DNA from: an uncultured Candidatus Saccharibacteria bacterium
Lineage (GTDB): Bacteria; Patescibacteriota; Minisyncoccia; Phycocordibacterales; UBA9973
Assembly (NCBI GenBank): GCA_964401625.1
Contig: CAYNYY010000003.1
Span: forward strand, 1-50,403
Direction: 5' to 3'
Length of the DNA stretch: 50,403 nt
Part shown: one piece after another, positions 20,141 to 28,665 of the stretch
Numbering within the stretch: the first letter of the stretch is position 1
How the letters are laid out: each line of letters opens with the position of its first letter
Translations under genes and position numbers: made by a program
The notes under the pieces: model-generated
What the model was told of the DNA's origin: nothing
Databases searched by the model: none
The model's input: the letters and a program-made list of their open reading frames with translations, nothing else

Positions 20141-20382
20141 TCAGACAAAACCCAGCAAGGCTGGTAACATTATGAAACATAATTTATTTTTATCTAGTAA
20201 TGGAACATAAATCTGATTATGAAAGAGAAACAATTTCCCTTCTAAGAAGTTACCAAAATTATTGATATAAATAACAAAAAGAAATGGTTTATTGTGAAAA
20301 GTGTTATCAAAAAGAAGTTTATTAATCTTTATGGATGGTGCTTGAAATTCAAAAAACATATTTTTTTTCATAAACTCTCTAA
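20141..20382 (-). pseudogene. aspS-derived gene fragment; the 76-aa ORF opens with an exact copy of an internal aspS segment
   Basis: Positions 20331-20382 are the exact reverse complement of 39053-39104, inside aspS. The ORF begins MKKNMFFEFQAPSI, identical to AspRS residues in the motif-1 region, and then diverges. Confidence 0.5.
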
Positions 20383-20388
20383 CCGATT

Positions 20389-20475
20389 TTCTGCTATCGC
20401 ATATTTTCGGTAAAATGGAATCTAACTCTTTTTACGCTATCGCGTGTTTTAGGTAAATAAATTCTAAATTATCAA
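20389..20475. repeat. Two degenerate tandem repeat units centred on GCTATCGC
   Basis: Unit 1 is CTGCTATCGCATATTTTCGGTAAAATGGAATCTAA and unit 2 is ACGCTATCGCGTGTTTTAGGTAAATAAATTCTAA. Their cores are at 20393-20400 and 20436-20443, spaced 43 nt apart. Confidence 0.6.
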
Positions 20476-20511
20476 CATGACACTTTTGTGCTATAGCACA
20501 AAAGTGTCATG
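20476..20511. repeat. Perfect 36-bp palindrome: hairpin, bidirectional terminator or operator
   Basis: CATGACACTTTTGTGCTATAGCACAAAAGTGTCATG is fully self-complementary, with a GCTATAGC core related to the two upstream units. It lies 66 nt upstream of the alaS ATG. Confidence 0.7.
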
Positions 20512-20542
20512 TATCTAAATTTATTAAATTATTAAAAAAGTT

Positions 20543-20570
20543 TTGATGTTTTATTCTTTTAGTATATTAT
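20543..20570 (+). promoter_or_regulatory. Possible alaS promoter, TTGATG-16-TATTAT, implying a leaderless mRNA
   Basis: TTGATG is at 20543-20548 and TATTAT at 20565-20570, and the ATG at 20578 is only 7 nt after the -10 box. Confidence 0.35.
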
Positions 20571-20577
20571 AAGAAAT

Positions 20578-22323
20578 ATGTTATCTAATGAAATAAGATT
20601 AAGATTTTTAAAATTTTTTAAAAAAAGAAGACATGAAATTATTCCATCTTCTTCCTTAATTCCTCAGAATGATTCCTCTGTACTTTTCAATACAGCCGGA
20701 ATGCAACCCTTAGTCCCATATTTTTTAGGACAGAAACACCCTATGGGTGTTAGGTTGGTAAATTCTCAAAAATGTGTTCGAACTAATGATATAAATGAAG
20801 TTGGAGATAATAGGCATCTTACTTTTTTTGAAATGCTTGGTAATTGGTCAATGGGAGATTATTTTAAAAAGGAAGCAATTGCTTGGAGCTTTGATTTTTT
20901 AACTGATAAAGAAGAAGGGTTAGGTCTTAATAAAGATAGACTTTATATAACTGTTTTTGAAGGAGATGAAAACGTGGGAAAAGATATAGAAGCAGTTAAT
21001 TTTTGGAAAAAATATATTCCAGAAAATCGTATTTATTTATTACCAGCAAAAAATAATTGGTGGGGTGTTGGGGAAGATGGACCTTGTGGTCCTGATACAG
21101 AAATGTTTTATGACTCAAACAAAGAACCCCTTGGAGATATGACTCTTGAGGAGTTTATGAAAGCTGATAATGAGGGAAAAGTTATAGAAATTTGGAATAA
21201 TGTATTTATGCAATATGAAAAAGAAGAAGGAAAAATAATTGGTAAATTAGCCCAGCATAATGTAGATACAGGAATGGGTTTAGAAAGAATCGCGATGGTT
21301 TCGCAAGGAGTAAATACTGTTTTTGATACAGATTTATTCATACCAATTATTTCTAAAATAAAAGAGTTATCTTTTGTTAAAAACGAAAGAATAGAAAGAA
21401 TAATTGCTGACCATATAAGGACAGCTGTTTTTATGATTACTGATGGAGTGGTTTTAAGTAATACTGGCCGAGGTTATATCCTAAGAAGATTACTTCGTCG
21501 TATTATTAGATTTTCAAATGAAATAAGCTTACAAAGTGGTTCTTTTGAAAAAATTATAGATATCATTGTTGATAAATATAAAAAACCTTATCCAGAACTT
21601 GAGAAAAATATAGATAATATAAAAAGAGAAATAAATAATGAAGAAAAAAAATTTAAGCAAACACTAGAAAAAGGGTTAAGGGAATTTGAAAAAGGAGTTG
21701 ATCCGTTTATTTTATTTACTACTTATGGTTTTCCAATTGAATTAACTCTAGAGTTAGCAACAGAAGGAAAAATTAAAATAGATTTAGAAGATTTTAATAA
21801 AAAGATGAAAGAGCATCAAGATCTTTCTAAAGTTTCTTCAGTTGGAATGTTTAAAGGGGGACTTGCTGATCATAGTGAAAAAACTATTAAACTTCATACG
21901 GCGCATCACTTACTTTTAGCAGGAATTCAGGCTATTATAGGATCGGAAGTAAAACAGCGGGGAAGTAATATTACCGAAGAACGTTTACGGATAGATTTTC
22001 TTTGTAATCATAAATTAAGTAATGATGAAAAGAAAAAAATTGAAGATTGGGTAAATGATAAAATAAAAAAAGAACTCAAAGTTGTTCATCAAGAAATGCC
22101 ATTAGAAGAAGCTATAAAAATTGGGGCTCAAATGGAATTTGGAACAAAATATCCAGAGGTTGTTTCTATTTATTTTATTGAGGATGAAGGTGGACATATA
22201 TTCTCAAAAGAATTTTGTGCTGGTCCTCATGTTAAAAATACGAAAGTGCTAGGTCATTTTAAGATTAAAAAAGAAGAATCTGTGGCATTTGGTATTCGTA
22301 GAATTAAAGCAATATTAGAATAA
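20578..22323 (+). CDS. alaS: Alanyl-tRNA synthetase, short form without the C-Ala domain
   Basis: The N-terminus (FLKFFKKRRHEIIPSSSLIP...VLFNTAGMQP) and GLERIAMV mark the catalytic core. The editing-domain metal motifs HTAHHLL and CAGPHV are present. The protein ends at 581 aa. Confidence 0.92.
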   Translation: MLSNEIRLRFLKFFKKRRHEIIPSSSLIPQNDSSVLFNTAGMQPLVPYFLGQKHPMGVRLVNSQKCVRTNDINEVGDNRHLTFFEMLGNWSMGDYFKKEAIAWSFDFLTDKEEGLGLNKDRLYITVFEGDENVGKDIEAVNFWKKYIPENRIYLLPAKNNWWGVGEDGPCGPDTEMFYDSNKEPLGDMTLEEFMKADNEGKVIEIWNNVFMQYEKEEGKIIGKLAQHNVDTGMGLERIAMVSQGVNTVFDTDLFIPIISKIKELSFVKNERIERIIADHIRTAVFMITDGVVLSNTGRGYILRRLLRRIIRFSNEISLQSGSFEKIIDIIVDKYKKPYPELEKNIDNIKREINNEEKKFKQTLEKGLREFEKGVDPFILFTTYGFPIELTLELATEGKIKIDLEDFNKKMKEHQDLSKVSSVGMFKGGLADHSEKTIKLHTAHHLLLAGIQAIIGSEVKQRGSNITEERLRIDFLCNHKLSNDEKKKIEDWVNDKIKKELKVVHQEMPLEEAIKIGAQMEFGTKYPEVVSIYFIEDEGGHIFSKEFCAGPHVKNTKVLGHFKIKKEESVAFGIRRIKAILE

Positions 22324-22374
22324 TTTTTTATTTTCTTATACTTTTTTAAAATCCTGTAGTATAATATAGATATT

Positions 22375-23559
22375 ATGGGATTTTTATTTAATAGAAAAAA
22401 GAAAAATAAAACTATCATGATTTTTGATATTGGATCTGATAGTGTTGGTGGTGCAATAGTTAGTATTCCAAAAGGGGATGATGAAATTCCTCTTATTATT
22501 GAATCAATTCGTACTGATATTGATTATCGTGGTAATATAATCAATACAGAAATATTCAAAAAAAGTATGATGAAAGCACTTAATCTAAATGTTAAAGCTC
22601 TTCATAATACTAATTCTAGAGTTCCGAATAAAATAGTTTGTGTTCTTGCTTCACCCTGGTATTCATTAGAAACAAAAACTATAAAAATTAAAAAAGAGAG
22701 CCCTTTTGTTTTTAATAAAAAACTAACCGAAAAATTAATAAGTAGAGAGTTAAAAAAAACGATTTCTGCTTATCAAGATAAAAATAATCTTCCTAAAGAT
22801 GGATTAGAAATTATTGAAAATCACATAATGAGTGTATTACTCAACGGTTATAAAGTAGAATCTCCATTGGGTATGGATACTAAATCAGTTAAAATGAATA
22901 TAATTACCTCTTTTTCTCAAAAAATCTTTTTAGACGAAATCCGCGGAATCATTAAGAATACATTTCATGGTATTTCAGTTTCTTTTTCTTCTTTTATTAT
23001 TGATTCTTACTTCTCTGTTAGAGATAGATATATTAGCCCCGATTCATATCTATTACTTGATATTGGAGGAGAAATTACGGAAGTCGGAATTGTTTCTAAG
23101 GGTATTTTAAAATCCATTCTCTCCTTCCCATTTGGTAAAAGAACATTCTTTAGATACATAAGTACTAAGGCGGAACTTGATTTACGTGATGTTCTCGAAC
23201 TTTTTCATCTTTATAGTTCAGGAAATTTATTAAAAGAGAAGAAAGATAAAGTTGAACCTATTTTTACTTCAGCTGAATCTTCTTGGAGTGAATCTTTCAG
23301 GCAGTGTATTGCTAAGTTACCTTATATTTTAGCGCTACCAAGTACTATCTTTTTAACAGCTGATTCAGATATAATTGATTATTTTGCTAATGTTATTAGT
23401 AATGAGAAATTTATAGAATCAATGACAATTGAGCATAAATGTAATGTTATTCCTTTAAAAGGATCTGAATTTATTAAAATATGTGAGGTTAAAGAAAAAA
23501 TAAGACGTGACCCATTTTTAATGATTGAAACAATATCAATAATAAAAAAGATGAAATAA
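22375..23559 (+). CDS. Actin-fold (FtsA/PilM-like) ATPase-family protein, function unknown
   Basis: The phosphate-1-like MIFDIGSDSVGGAIV and phosphate-2-like LLLDIGGEITEVGIV are spaced as in ASKHA-fold proteins. It is distinct from the bona fide ftsA and mreB in this window. Confidence 0.55.
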   Translation: MGFLFNRKKKNKTIMIFDIGSDSVGGAIVSIPKGDDEIPLIIESIRTDIDYRGNIINTEIFKKSMMKALNLNVKALHNTNSRVPNKIVCVLASPWYSLETKTIKIKKESPFVFNKKLTEKLISRELKKTISAYQDKNNLPKDGLEIIENHIMSVLLNGYKVESPLGMDTKSVKMNIITSFSQKIFLDEIRGIIKNTFHGISVSFSSFIIDSYFSVRDRYISPDSYLLLDIGGEITEVGIVSKGILKSILSFPFGKRTFFRYISTKAELDLRDVLELFHLYSSGNLLKEKKDKVEPIFTSAESSWSESFRQCIAKLPYILALPSTIFLTADSDIIDYFANVISNEKFIESMTIEHKCNVIPLKGSEFIKICEVKEKIRRDPFLMIETISIIKKMK

Positions 23560-23560
23560 T

Positions 23561-24859
23561 ATGGAGAAAAAAAGAATTGAAGATATTAAAATAAAAAAAA
23601 GAAGAATACCTAATCCTACTTTTCATAGTAAGATAGATATTAAAGAGGTAGATTATAAAAATAGACCCATATATAAAAAATTATCAAGAAGTCCTAAAAT
23701 AAAAAATAATAAGAAAGACTACAGTATTTTTATTTTTGTTTTATTCATAATTACTCTGTTAATTGGAATAGTTTTTTGGAGTTCAATTATCTTTGAGAAT
23801 GTAAATATTACTATAACAAAAAAAGAACAGACATTTAATTTAAATGGACAAACTTTTTTTGCTTCTAAAAATTCAGGGAAGGGAATTCCTTTTGAAGTAA
23901 TGATTATAACTGATAAGGAAAATAAAAAAACATCTCTTTCAAAATCAAAAAAAATATCATTAAAAGCCAAAGGAGAAATTACCATTTATAATGAGTATAG
24001 TAAAAATTCACAAAAAATTCCTATTAATACATATCTATCTGATAAAGATGGTAAGGTTTATTTAACGAATAAAGCAATCAAAATTCCTGGTTACAGCTTA
24101 AATAAAAGTAAGATTATTCCTGGAAAAGCAACGGTAGATATTGTCTCATTCTTACCTGGTGAAGTTTATAATGAAGGGTCAACTAATTTTCACATTAATG
24201 CTTTTAAAGGGACAGCTAAATATAATAAAATTTATGGTAAATCAAAAACTATAATTAGCGGAGGTGCTAGCGGTTTATATTATTCGCTTAGTGATATTGA
24301 TAAAATTAATTTGAATAAAAATATTGATTCTTCTCTTAAAAATAAATTATTAAAAAAAGTTGATTCCCTAATACCCTCTGATTATATTTTTTATCCTAAT
24401 GCTTCTAGTTTTTCTCTTAAGATAGCAGATGATATTTCATCACCAGTTCCTGATGCATTAGTCCCTGTTTCAGGTATACTCTCAGTAATCTTATTAAAGA
24501 GAAATGAATTAAGTAATATTATTTTAAAAGATTTGTTACCCAATGTAACAAAAAATAAATTAAATATTATTAGCATTTCCGGAATGGATAAGTTATCTTT
24601 TAATTTTATTGAAAGTAATCAAATTATTAATAAAACTCTAAAATCAGTTAAATTTAGATTAAAAGGAAATGTAAATTTAATTTGGAATCCAGATATTTCA
24701 AAAATAAAAAATAAATTATTGGGAATACCTAAAGATCAATTACTTTCAATTTTCAAAAATAATATTAGTGTTAAGAAAGCTGAAGTAAAAATATTTCCTC
24801 CATGGCAATCAATTCTTCCATTTAATTCTTCAAAAATTAAAATTAAAATTTTAGATTGA
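23561..24859 (+). CDS. Single-pass membrane protein with a large extracytoplasmic beta-rich domain, function unknown
   Basis: Its start is 1 nt after the previous stop. It has a basic N-terminal tail of ~55 aa and one TM helix (IFIFVLFIITLLIGIVFWSSIIF). The segment KAKGEITIYN...IPGKATVDIVSFLPGEVYNEG...INAFKG is reminiscent of baseplate-J/gp47-like proteins, but this is an unverified recollection. Confidence 0.55.
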   Translation: MEKKRIEDIKIKKRRIPNPTFHSKIDIKEVDYKNRPIYKKLSRSPKIKNNKKDYSIFIFVLFIITLLIGIVFWSSIIFENVNITITKKEQTFNLNGQTFFASKNSGKGIPFEVMIITDKENKKTSLSKSKKISLKAKGEITIYNEYSKNSQKIPINTYLSDKDGKVYLTNKAIKIPGYSLNKSKIIPGKATVDIVSFLPGEVYNEGSTNFHINAFKGTAKYNKIYGKSKTIISGGASGLYYSLSDIDKINLNKNIDSSLKNKLLKKVDSLIPSDYIFYPNASSFSLKIADDISSPVPDALVPVSGILSVILLKRNELSNIILKDLLPNVTKNKLNIISISGMDKLSFNFIESNQIINKTLKSVKFRLKGNVNLIWNPDISKIKNKLLGIPKDQLLSIFKNNISVKKAEVKIFPPWQSILPFNSSKIKIKILD

Positions 24860-24895
24860 CGAATAATTAATTATTTGTTATTATTCTAAGTATAA

Positions 24896-25105
24896 ATGAT
24901 TCAAACTGATAATAATGCTTTCGGTATAGTAATAGAGGCTCTCCCCAACACTCTTTTTAGGGTGGAACTTAAGGATGATGAAATTATTATTGCTTATCTT
25001 TCAGGTAAAATGAGAATACACCGAATAAAAGTATTAATTGGGGATAAAGTTGAAGTTATTTTAGACCCCTATGGAGGAAAAGGTAGAATAATTAGGAGAA
25101 ATTAA
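24896..25105 (+). CDS. infA: Translation initiation factor IF-1
   Basis: The S1-like pattern [43 protein letters not shown] is present, and the protein is 69 aa. Confidence 0.95.
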   Translation: MIQTDNNAFGIVIEALPNTLFRVELKDDEIIIAYLSGKMRIHRIKVLIGDKVEVILDPYGGKGRIIRRN

Positions 25106-25125
25106 GTTTAATTTTATTAATATAC

Positions 25126-25154
25126 TTGCATTTATTTTTCTAATAGTGTAGTAT
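25126..25154 (+). promoter_or_regulatory. Sigma70-type promoter, TTGCAT-17-TAGTAT, ahead of the rpmJ-rpsM operon
   Basis: TTGCAT is at 25126-25131, followed by a 17-nt spacer and TAGTAT at 25149-25154. Confidence 0.45.
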
Positions 25155-25222
25155 GGCTTAATGTTGATTGATAAAAAAAAGGGTTTAATGCCCTATATTT
25201 TTCTTTCATATTATAGAGTAAA

Positions 25223-25333
25223 ATGAAAATAAGAACTACTGTTAAAAAAATTTGTACGAATTGTAAAATAGTTAAACGAAAAAGACACCTTCGCGTTATT
25301 TGCTCTAATCCTAAACATAAACAAAGACAATAA
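25223..25333 (+). CDS. rpmJ: 50S ribosomal protein L36 (absent from the ORF track because it is under 60 aa)
   Basis: Hand translation gives [36 protein letters not shown]. It has the CxxC...C...H zinc-ribbon pattern and the canonical position between infA and rpsM. Confidence 0.9.
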   Translation: MKIRTTVKKICTNCKIVKRKRHLRVICSNPKHKQRQ

Positions 25334-25338
25334 AATTT

Positions 25339-25719
25339 ATGAGAATTTTAGGTATAAATATTCCAAACAATAAACACTTAGACATTGCATTAACAAATTT
25401 ATATGGTATTGGCATTTCTCGTGCTCAAAAAATATTAAAAGAAGTAAATGTAGATGCTCATTTGAAAAGTGATGATTTAACAGTTGACCAAACAAACGAT
25501 ATTCGTAAAATTATTGAATCAATGGTAGTTGAAGGATCTTTGAGACGTGAGATTTCTTCTAATATAAAAAGATTAAAAGACATTAAAGTTTATAGAGGGA
25601 TACGTCATTCTCGTCGTCTACCTGTTAAAGGACAAAGAACTAAGACCAATTCTCGTACTGTTCGTGGAAATGTACGAAAAACAATGAGTAGTGGAAGGCG
25701 TAAGGCGGAAAAAACTTAA
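25339..25719 (+). CDS. rpsM: 30S ribosomal protein S13
   Basis: The segments MRILGINIPNNKHLDIALTNLYGIG and YRGIRHSRRLPVKGQRTKTN match S13. Confidence 0.95.
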   Translation: MRILGINIPNNKHLDIALTNLYGIGISRAQKILKEVNVDAHLKSDDLTVDQTNDIRKIIESMVVEGSLRREISSNIKRLKDIKVYRGIRHSRRLPVKGQRTKTNSRTVRGNVRKTMSSGRRKAEKT

Positions 25720-25771
25720 AATTTACAAACGATTATTTATTGGTTTTATTTAGTTTTTTTAATTAGTATAT

Positions 25772-26224
25772 ATGGGTAAAATAAAAATAGTAACAAAAAA
25801 AGAAGAGCTTGATCCATTACCAGATAGTGGTGTTGTCAAGAGTGTGCCCAAAAAAAAGGGAAAAGCTTCAAAAAAGAAATTTGTTTCTGGAACTTTACAC
25901 GTAGAAGCCACTTTTAACAATACTAAAGTTTCATTATCAGACAAGAAAGGAAATACACTTTGCTGGACTTCTTCAGGAGCTCTTGGTTTTAAGGGTGCTA
26001 AAAAGGGAACACCTTTTGCTGCCTCAAAAGCCGGATCAATAATAGGAGAAAAAGCTAAAATAATTGGTATTAAAGAAGTTGATGTAAAAGTCAGTGGTGT
26101 TGGAAGTGGTCGTGAACCTACAATTAGATCATTTATGGCACATGATATAGAAATTACTTCTATTCGTGATGTTACTCCAGTGCCTCACAATGGTCCGAAA
26201 CCTAAGAAACCAAGGAGGGTTTAA
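25772..26224 (+). CDS. rpsK: 30S ribosomal protein S11, with a short N-terminal extension
   Basis: The segments GTLHVEATFNNTKVSLSD and ITSIRDVTPVPHNGPKPKKPRR match S11. Confidence 0.95.
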   Translation: MGKIKIVTKKEELDPLPDSGVVKSVPKKKGKASKKKFVSGTLHVEATFNNTKVSLSDKKGNTLCWTSSGALGFKGAKKGTPFAASKAGSIIGEKAKIIGIKEVDVKVSGVGSGREPTIRSFMAHDIEITSIRDVTPVPHNGPKPKKPRRV

Positions 26225-26263
26225 TTAAATTATAATTATTTCTTTATTTAAATAATAAAAAAG

Positions 26264-26872
26264 ATGAAAATAGTTCAAAAATATAAAATGTGTAGACGTT
26301 TAGGATCTGGAGTGTTTGAAAAATGTCAAACATCTAAATTTGTTTTATCTGAAGCCAGACATTCTAAAATATTAAGAGGTAAACGACCAAAGCGTCTTTC
26401 TAATTATGCTTTACAATTCATAGAGAAGCAGAAAGTTCGCTTTATGTATGGAATTAGTGAAAGACAATTTGTAAATTATATAAAGGAAGCTATTAAACAT
26501 AAAGGTGAACCAACGAATGAATATCTTCTTGAATTACTTGAATCTCGTCTTGATAATGTAGTTTATAGAATTGGACTTGCCAATACTCGTCGTTCATCTA
26601 GACAAATGGTTTCTCATGGACATATTACTGTAAATGGTAAAAAAACTAATGTTCCTTCACGTCACATTAAGATTGGCGATATTATTTCTGTTAGAGCTGG
26701 AAGTGCTAAAAATCATTTATTTAGTGAACTTGCTAAAAAAATGGAAGATTATACTATACCTAACTGGTTAAAATTTAATATAGATACTCTCTCTGGTTCA
26801 ATGCAAGGTAAACCAAAAGGAGAAGAAGGTTTTATTGATCTTAATACCGTGCTTGAATTTTATAGTCGTTAA
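26264..26872 (+). CDS. rpsD: 30S ribosomal protein S4
   Basis: The YGISERQF and LESRLDNVVYR motifs and the S4 domain HGHITVNGKK are present. Confidence 0.95.
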   Translation: MKIVQKYKMCRRLGSGVFEKCQTSKFVLSEARHSKILRGKRPKRLSNYALQFIEKQKVRFMYGISERQFVNYIKEAIKHKGEPTNEYLLELLESRLDNVVYRIGLANTRRSSRQMVSHGHITVNGKKTNVPSRHIKIGDIISVRAGSAKNHLFSELAKKMEDYTIPNWLKFNIDTLSGSMQGKPKGEEGFIDLNTVLEFYSR

Positions 26873-26925
26873 TTATGTTGTTAATTTTTTAATAAGTAAT
26901 CTTTAAGCTTTTAGCTTTATATTAT

Positions 26926-27909
26926 ATGTCTGATTTAAATATTATACTTCCATCAAAATTATCCATTGTATCAGAGGTTGATACGAAAGGAGTCTATGAA
27001 ATTGATGGCCTTTACCCAGGATATGGACACACTTTAGGGAATTCACTTCGTCGAATCATATTATCTTCTCTCGTTGGAGCAGCTATTACTTCTCTTAAAA
27101 TTGATGGTATTGATCATGAATTTTCTGTAATTGATGGAGTTAAAGAAGATGTTATTACTATTTTATTAAGCTTAAAACAAGTTCGTTTTCATTTACTAAC
27201 AGATGAACCTCAAGTAGTTAAGCTTTTAGTTAAAGGACCTAAAAAGATTACAGCGGCTGATATAGATACTGGAGGACAAGTTGAAGTTTTAAACAAAGAT
27301 TTATATATTGCTGAGATAACAAATAAAACAACTCTTTCAATTGAAATGACGGTTGAAAAAGGTTTAGGATTTGTTTCTAAGGATATTCACCAAAAAAGTA
27401 AGACAGATGTGGGAGTTATTGCTGTTGATGCCATATTTACACCTATTCGTAGAGTTTCGTATGAAATTGAAAATATGAGAGTAGGAGATAAAACAAATCA
27501 TAATAGATTGAGAATAACAATTGAGACAGATGGAACTATTTCTCCGCATGAAGCTTTAGAAAAAGCTATTACTATAATGATAGAACAATTGCAAACCATT
27601 GCTGGATTTGTTATAACTCCTAAAATCATTAGTAATGAAATTGACGAAATTAAAAAAATAGAAAAAGAAAATGAGTTAGATAAAAATAAGAAGATTGAAA
27701 GCGATATTACCGATATACTAAAGACAAGAATAGATACATTGAATATTTCAACACGAACACTTAATGCTCTAATCATAGCTAATATAAGAACAATTGGAGG
27801 AATAGCTAGAAAGAAAAAGGAAGATTTACTTGAGATAGAGGGTATCGGAGATAAAGGGATTCAAGAAATTAAAAAAATCTTGAGTAATTATGGTCTTTCT
27901 TTAAAATAG
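26926..27909 (+). CDS. rpoA: DNA-directed RNA polymerase alpha subunit
   Basis: The GYGHTLGNSLRRILLSS pattern marks the N-terminal domain, and the C-terminal domain has LNISTRTLNAL...IEGIGDKGIQEI. Confidence 0.95.
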   Translation: MSDLNIILPSKLSIVSEVDTKGVYEIDGLYPGYGHTLGNSLRRIILSSLVGAAITSLKIDGIDHEFSVIDGVKEDVITILLSLKQVRFHLLTDEPQVVKLLVKGPKKITAADIDTGGQVEVLNKDLYIAEITNKTTLSIEMTVEKGLGFVSKDIHQKSKTDVGVIAVDAIFTPIRRVSYEIENMRVGDKTNHNRLRITIETDGTISPHEALEKAITIMIEQLQTIAGFVITPKIISNEIDEIKKIEKENELDKNKKIESDITDILKTRIDTLNISTRTLNALIIANIRTIGGIARKKKEDLLEIEGIGDKGIQEIKKILSNYGLSLK

Positions 27910-27949
27910 AATTTTTGTTAAAAATTATTAAATTATAATCTGTTAAAAT

Positions 27950-28303
27950 ATGAGACACCACAATAATGTAAGAAAATTTAATCGAAAGAAAAATAGTAGA
28001 ATAGCTCTTTTGAAGGGTTTAGCTTTAGCTTTAATCGCCCATGGAAAAATTACGACAACTGAAGCCAAAGCTAAGGAACTTAGACCTATAATAGAAAAAT
28101 TAATTACAAAAGCCAATGTAGGCACTCTTGCTTCTCGTCGTTTAGTTATTTCTCGCCTTTATAATTTAAAAAAAGAAGGTAGTAAATTAATAGACGAAAT
28201 TGCTCCAAAATATAAAGATCGTTCTGGAGGATATACACGTATTACTAAATTACCACGTCGAACAAGTGATGCTAGTAAAATGGCGATAATTGAATTTATT
28301 TAA
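27950..28303 (+). CDS. rplQ: 50S ribosomal protein L17
   Basis: The segments MRHHNNVRKFNRKKNSR and GGYTRITKLPRR match L17. Confidence 0.93.
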   Translation: MRHHNNVRKFNRKKNSRIALLKGLALALIAHGKITTTEAKAKELRPIIEKLITKANVGTLASRRLVISRLYNLKKEGSKLIDEIAPKYKDRSGGYTRITKLPRRTSDASKMAIIEFI

Positions 28304-28306
28304 ATT

Positions 28307-28660
28307 ATGGATAAAAAAATATACACAATTGATGCTAGTGGAAAAATTTTAGGTCGTGTTGCCTCATTAGCAGCTAAAATGTTGATGGGTAAAACAGAAA
28401 AAAACTATGTGGCTAATAAAGTAGCCTCAGTTCATGTCAATATTATTAATGCATCTAAAACAAAAGCAACAGAAAAAAAGAAACTTGAAACTCTTCATAA
28501 ACATTATACTGGTTATCCTGGAGGATTAAGAACTGAAACCAATACTCAAATAATTGCTAAAAAAGGATGGAAAGAGTTATATAAATTAGCTATCCACGGA
28601 ATGCTTCCCAATAATAAACTAAGATCACTTTTAATGAAACAATTAACAATTAAGGAATAA
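28307..28660 (+). CDS. rplM: 50S ribosomal protein L13, short at 117 aa
   Basis: The segments IDASGKILGRVASLAAKMLMGK, HYTGYPGGL and GMLPNNKL match L13. Confidence 0.9.
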   Translation: MDKKIYTIDASGKILGRVASLAAKMLMGKTEKNYVANKVASVHVNIINASKTKATEKKKLETLHKHYTGYPGGLRTETNTQIIAKKGWKELYKLAIHGMLPNNKLRSLLMKQLTIKE

Positions 28661-28665
28661 TATTT

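Noticed and set aside
20383-20577. A T-box or other riboswitch leader, or a CRISPR-like array, upstream of alaS.
   Set aside because: There is no T-box consensus or specifier/antiterminator architecture. The repeats are degenerate (about 80% identity), number only three, are unevenly spaced (43 and 54 nt), and no cas genes are present.
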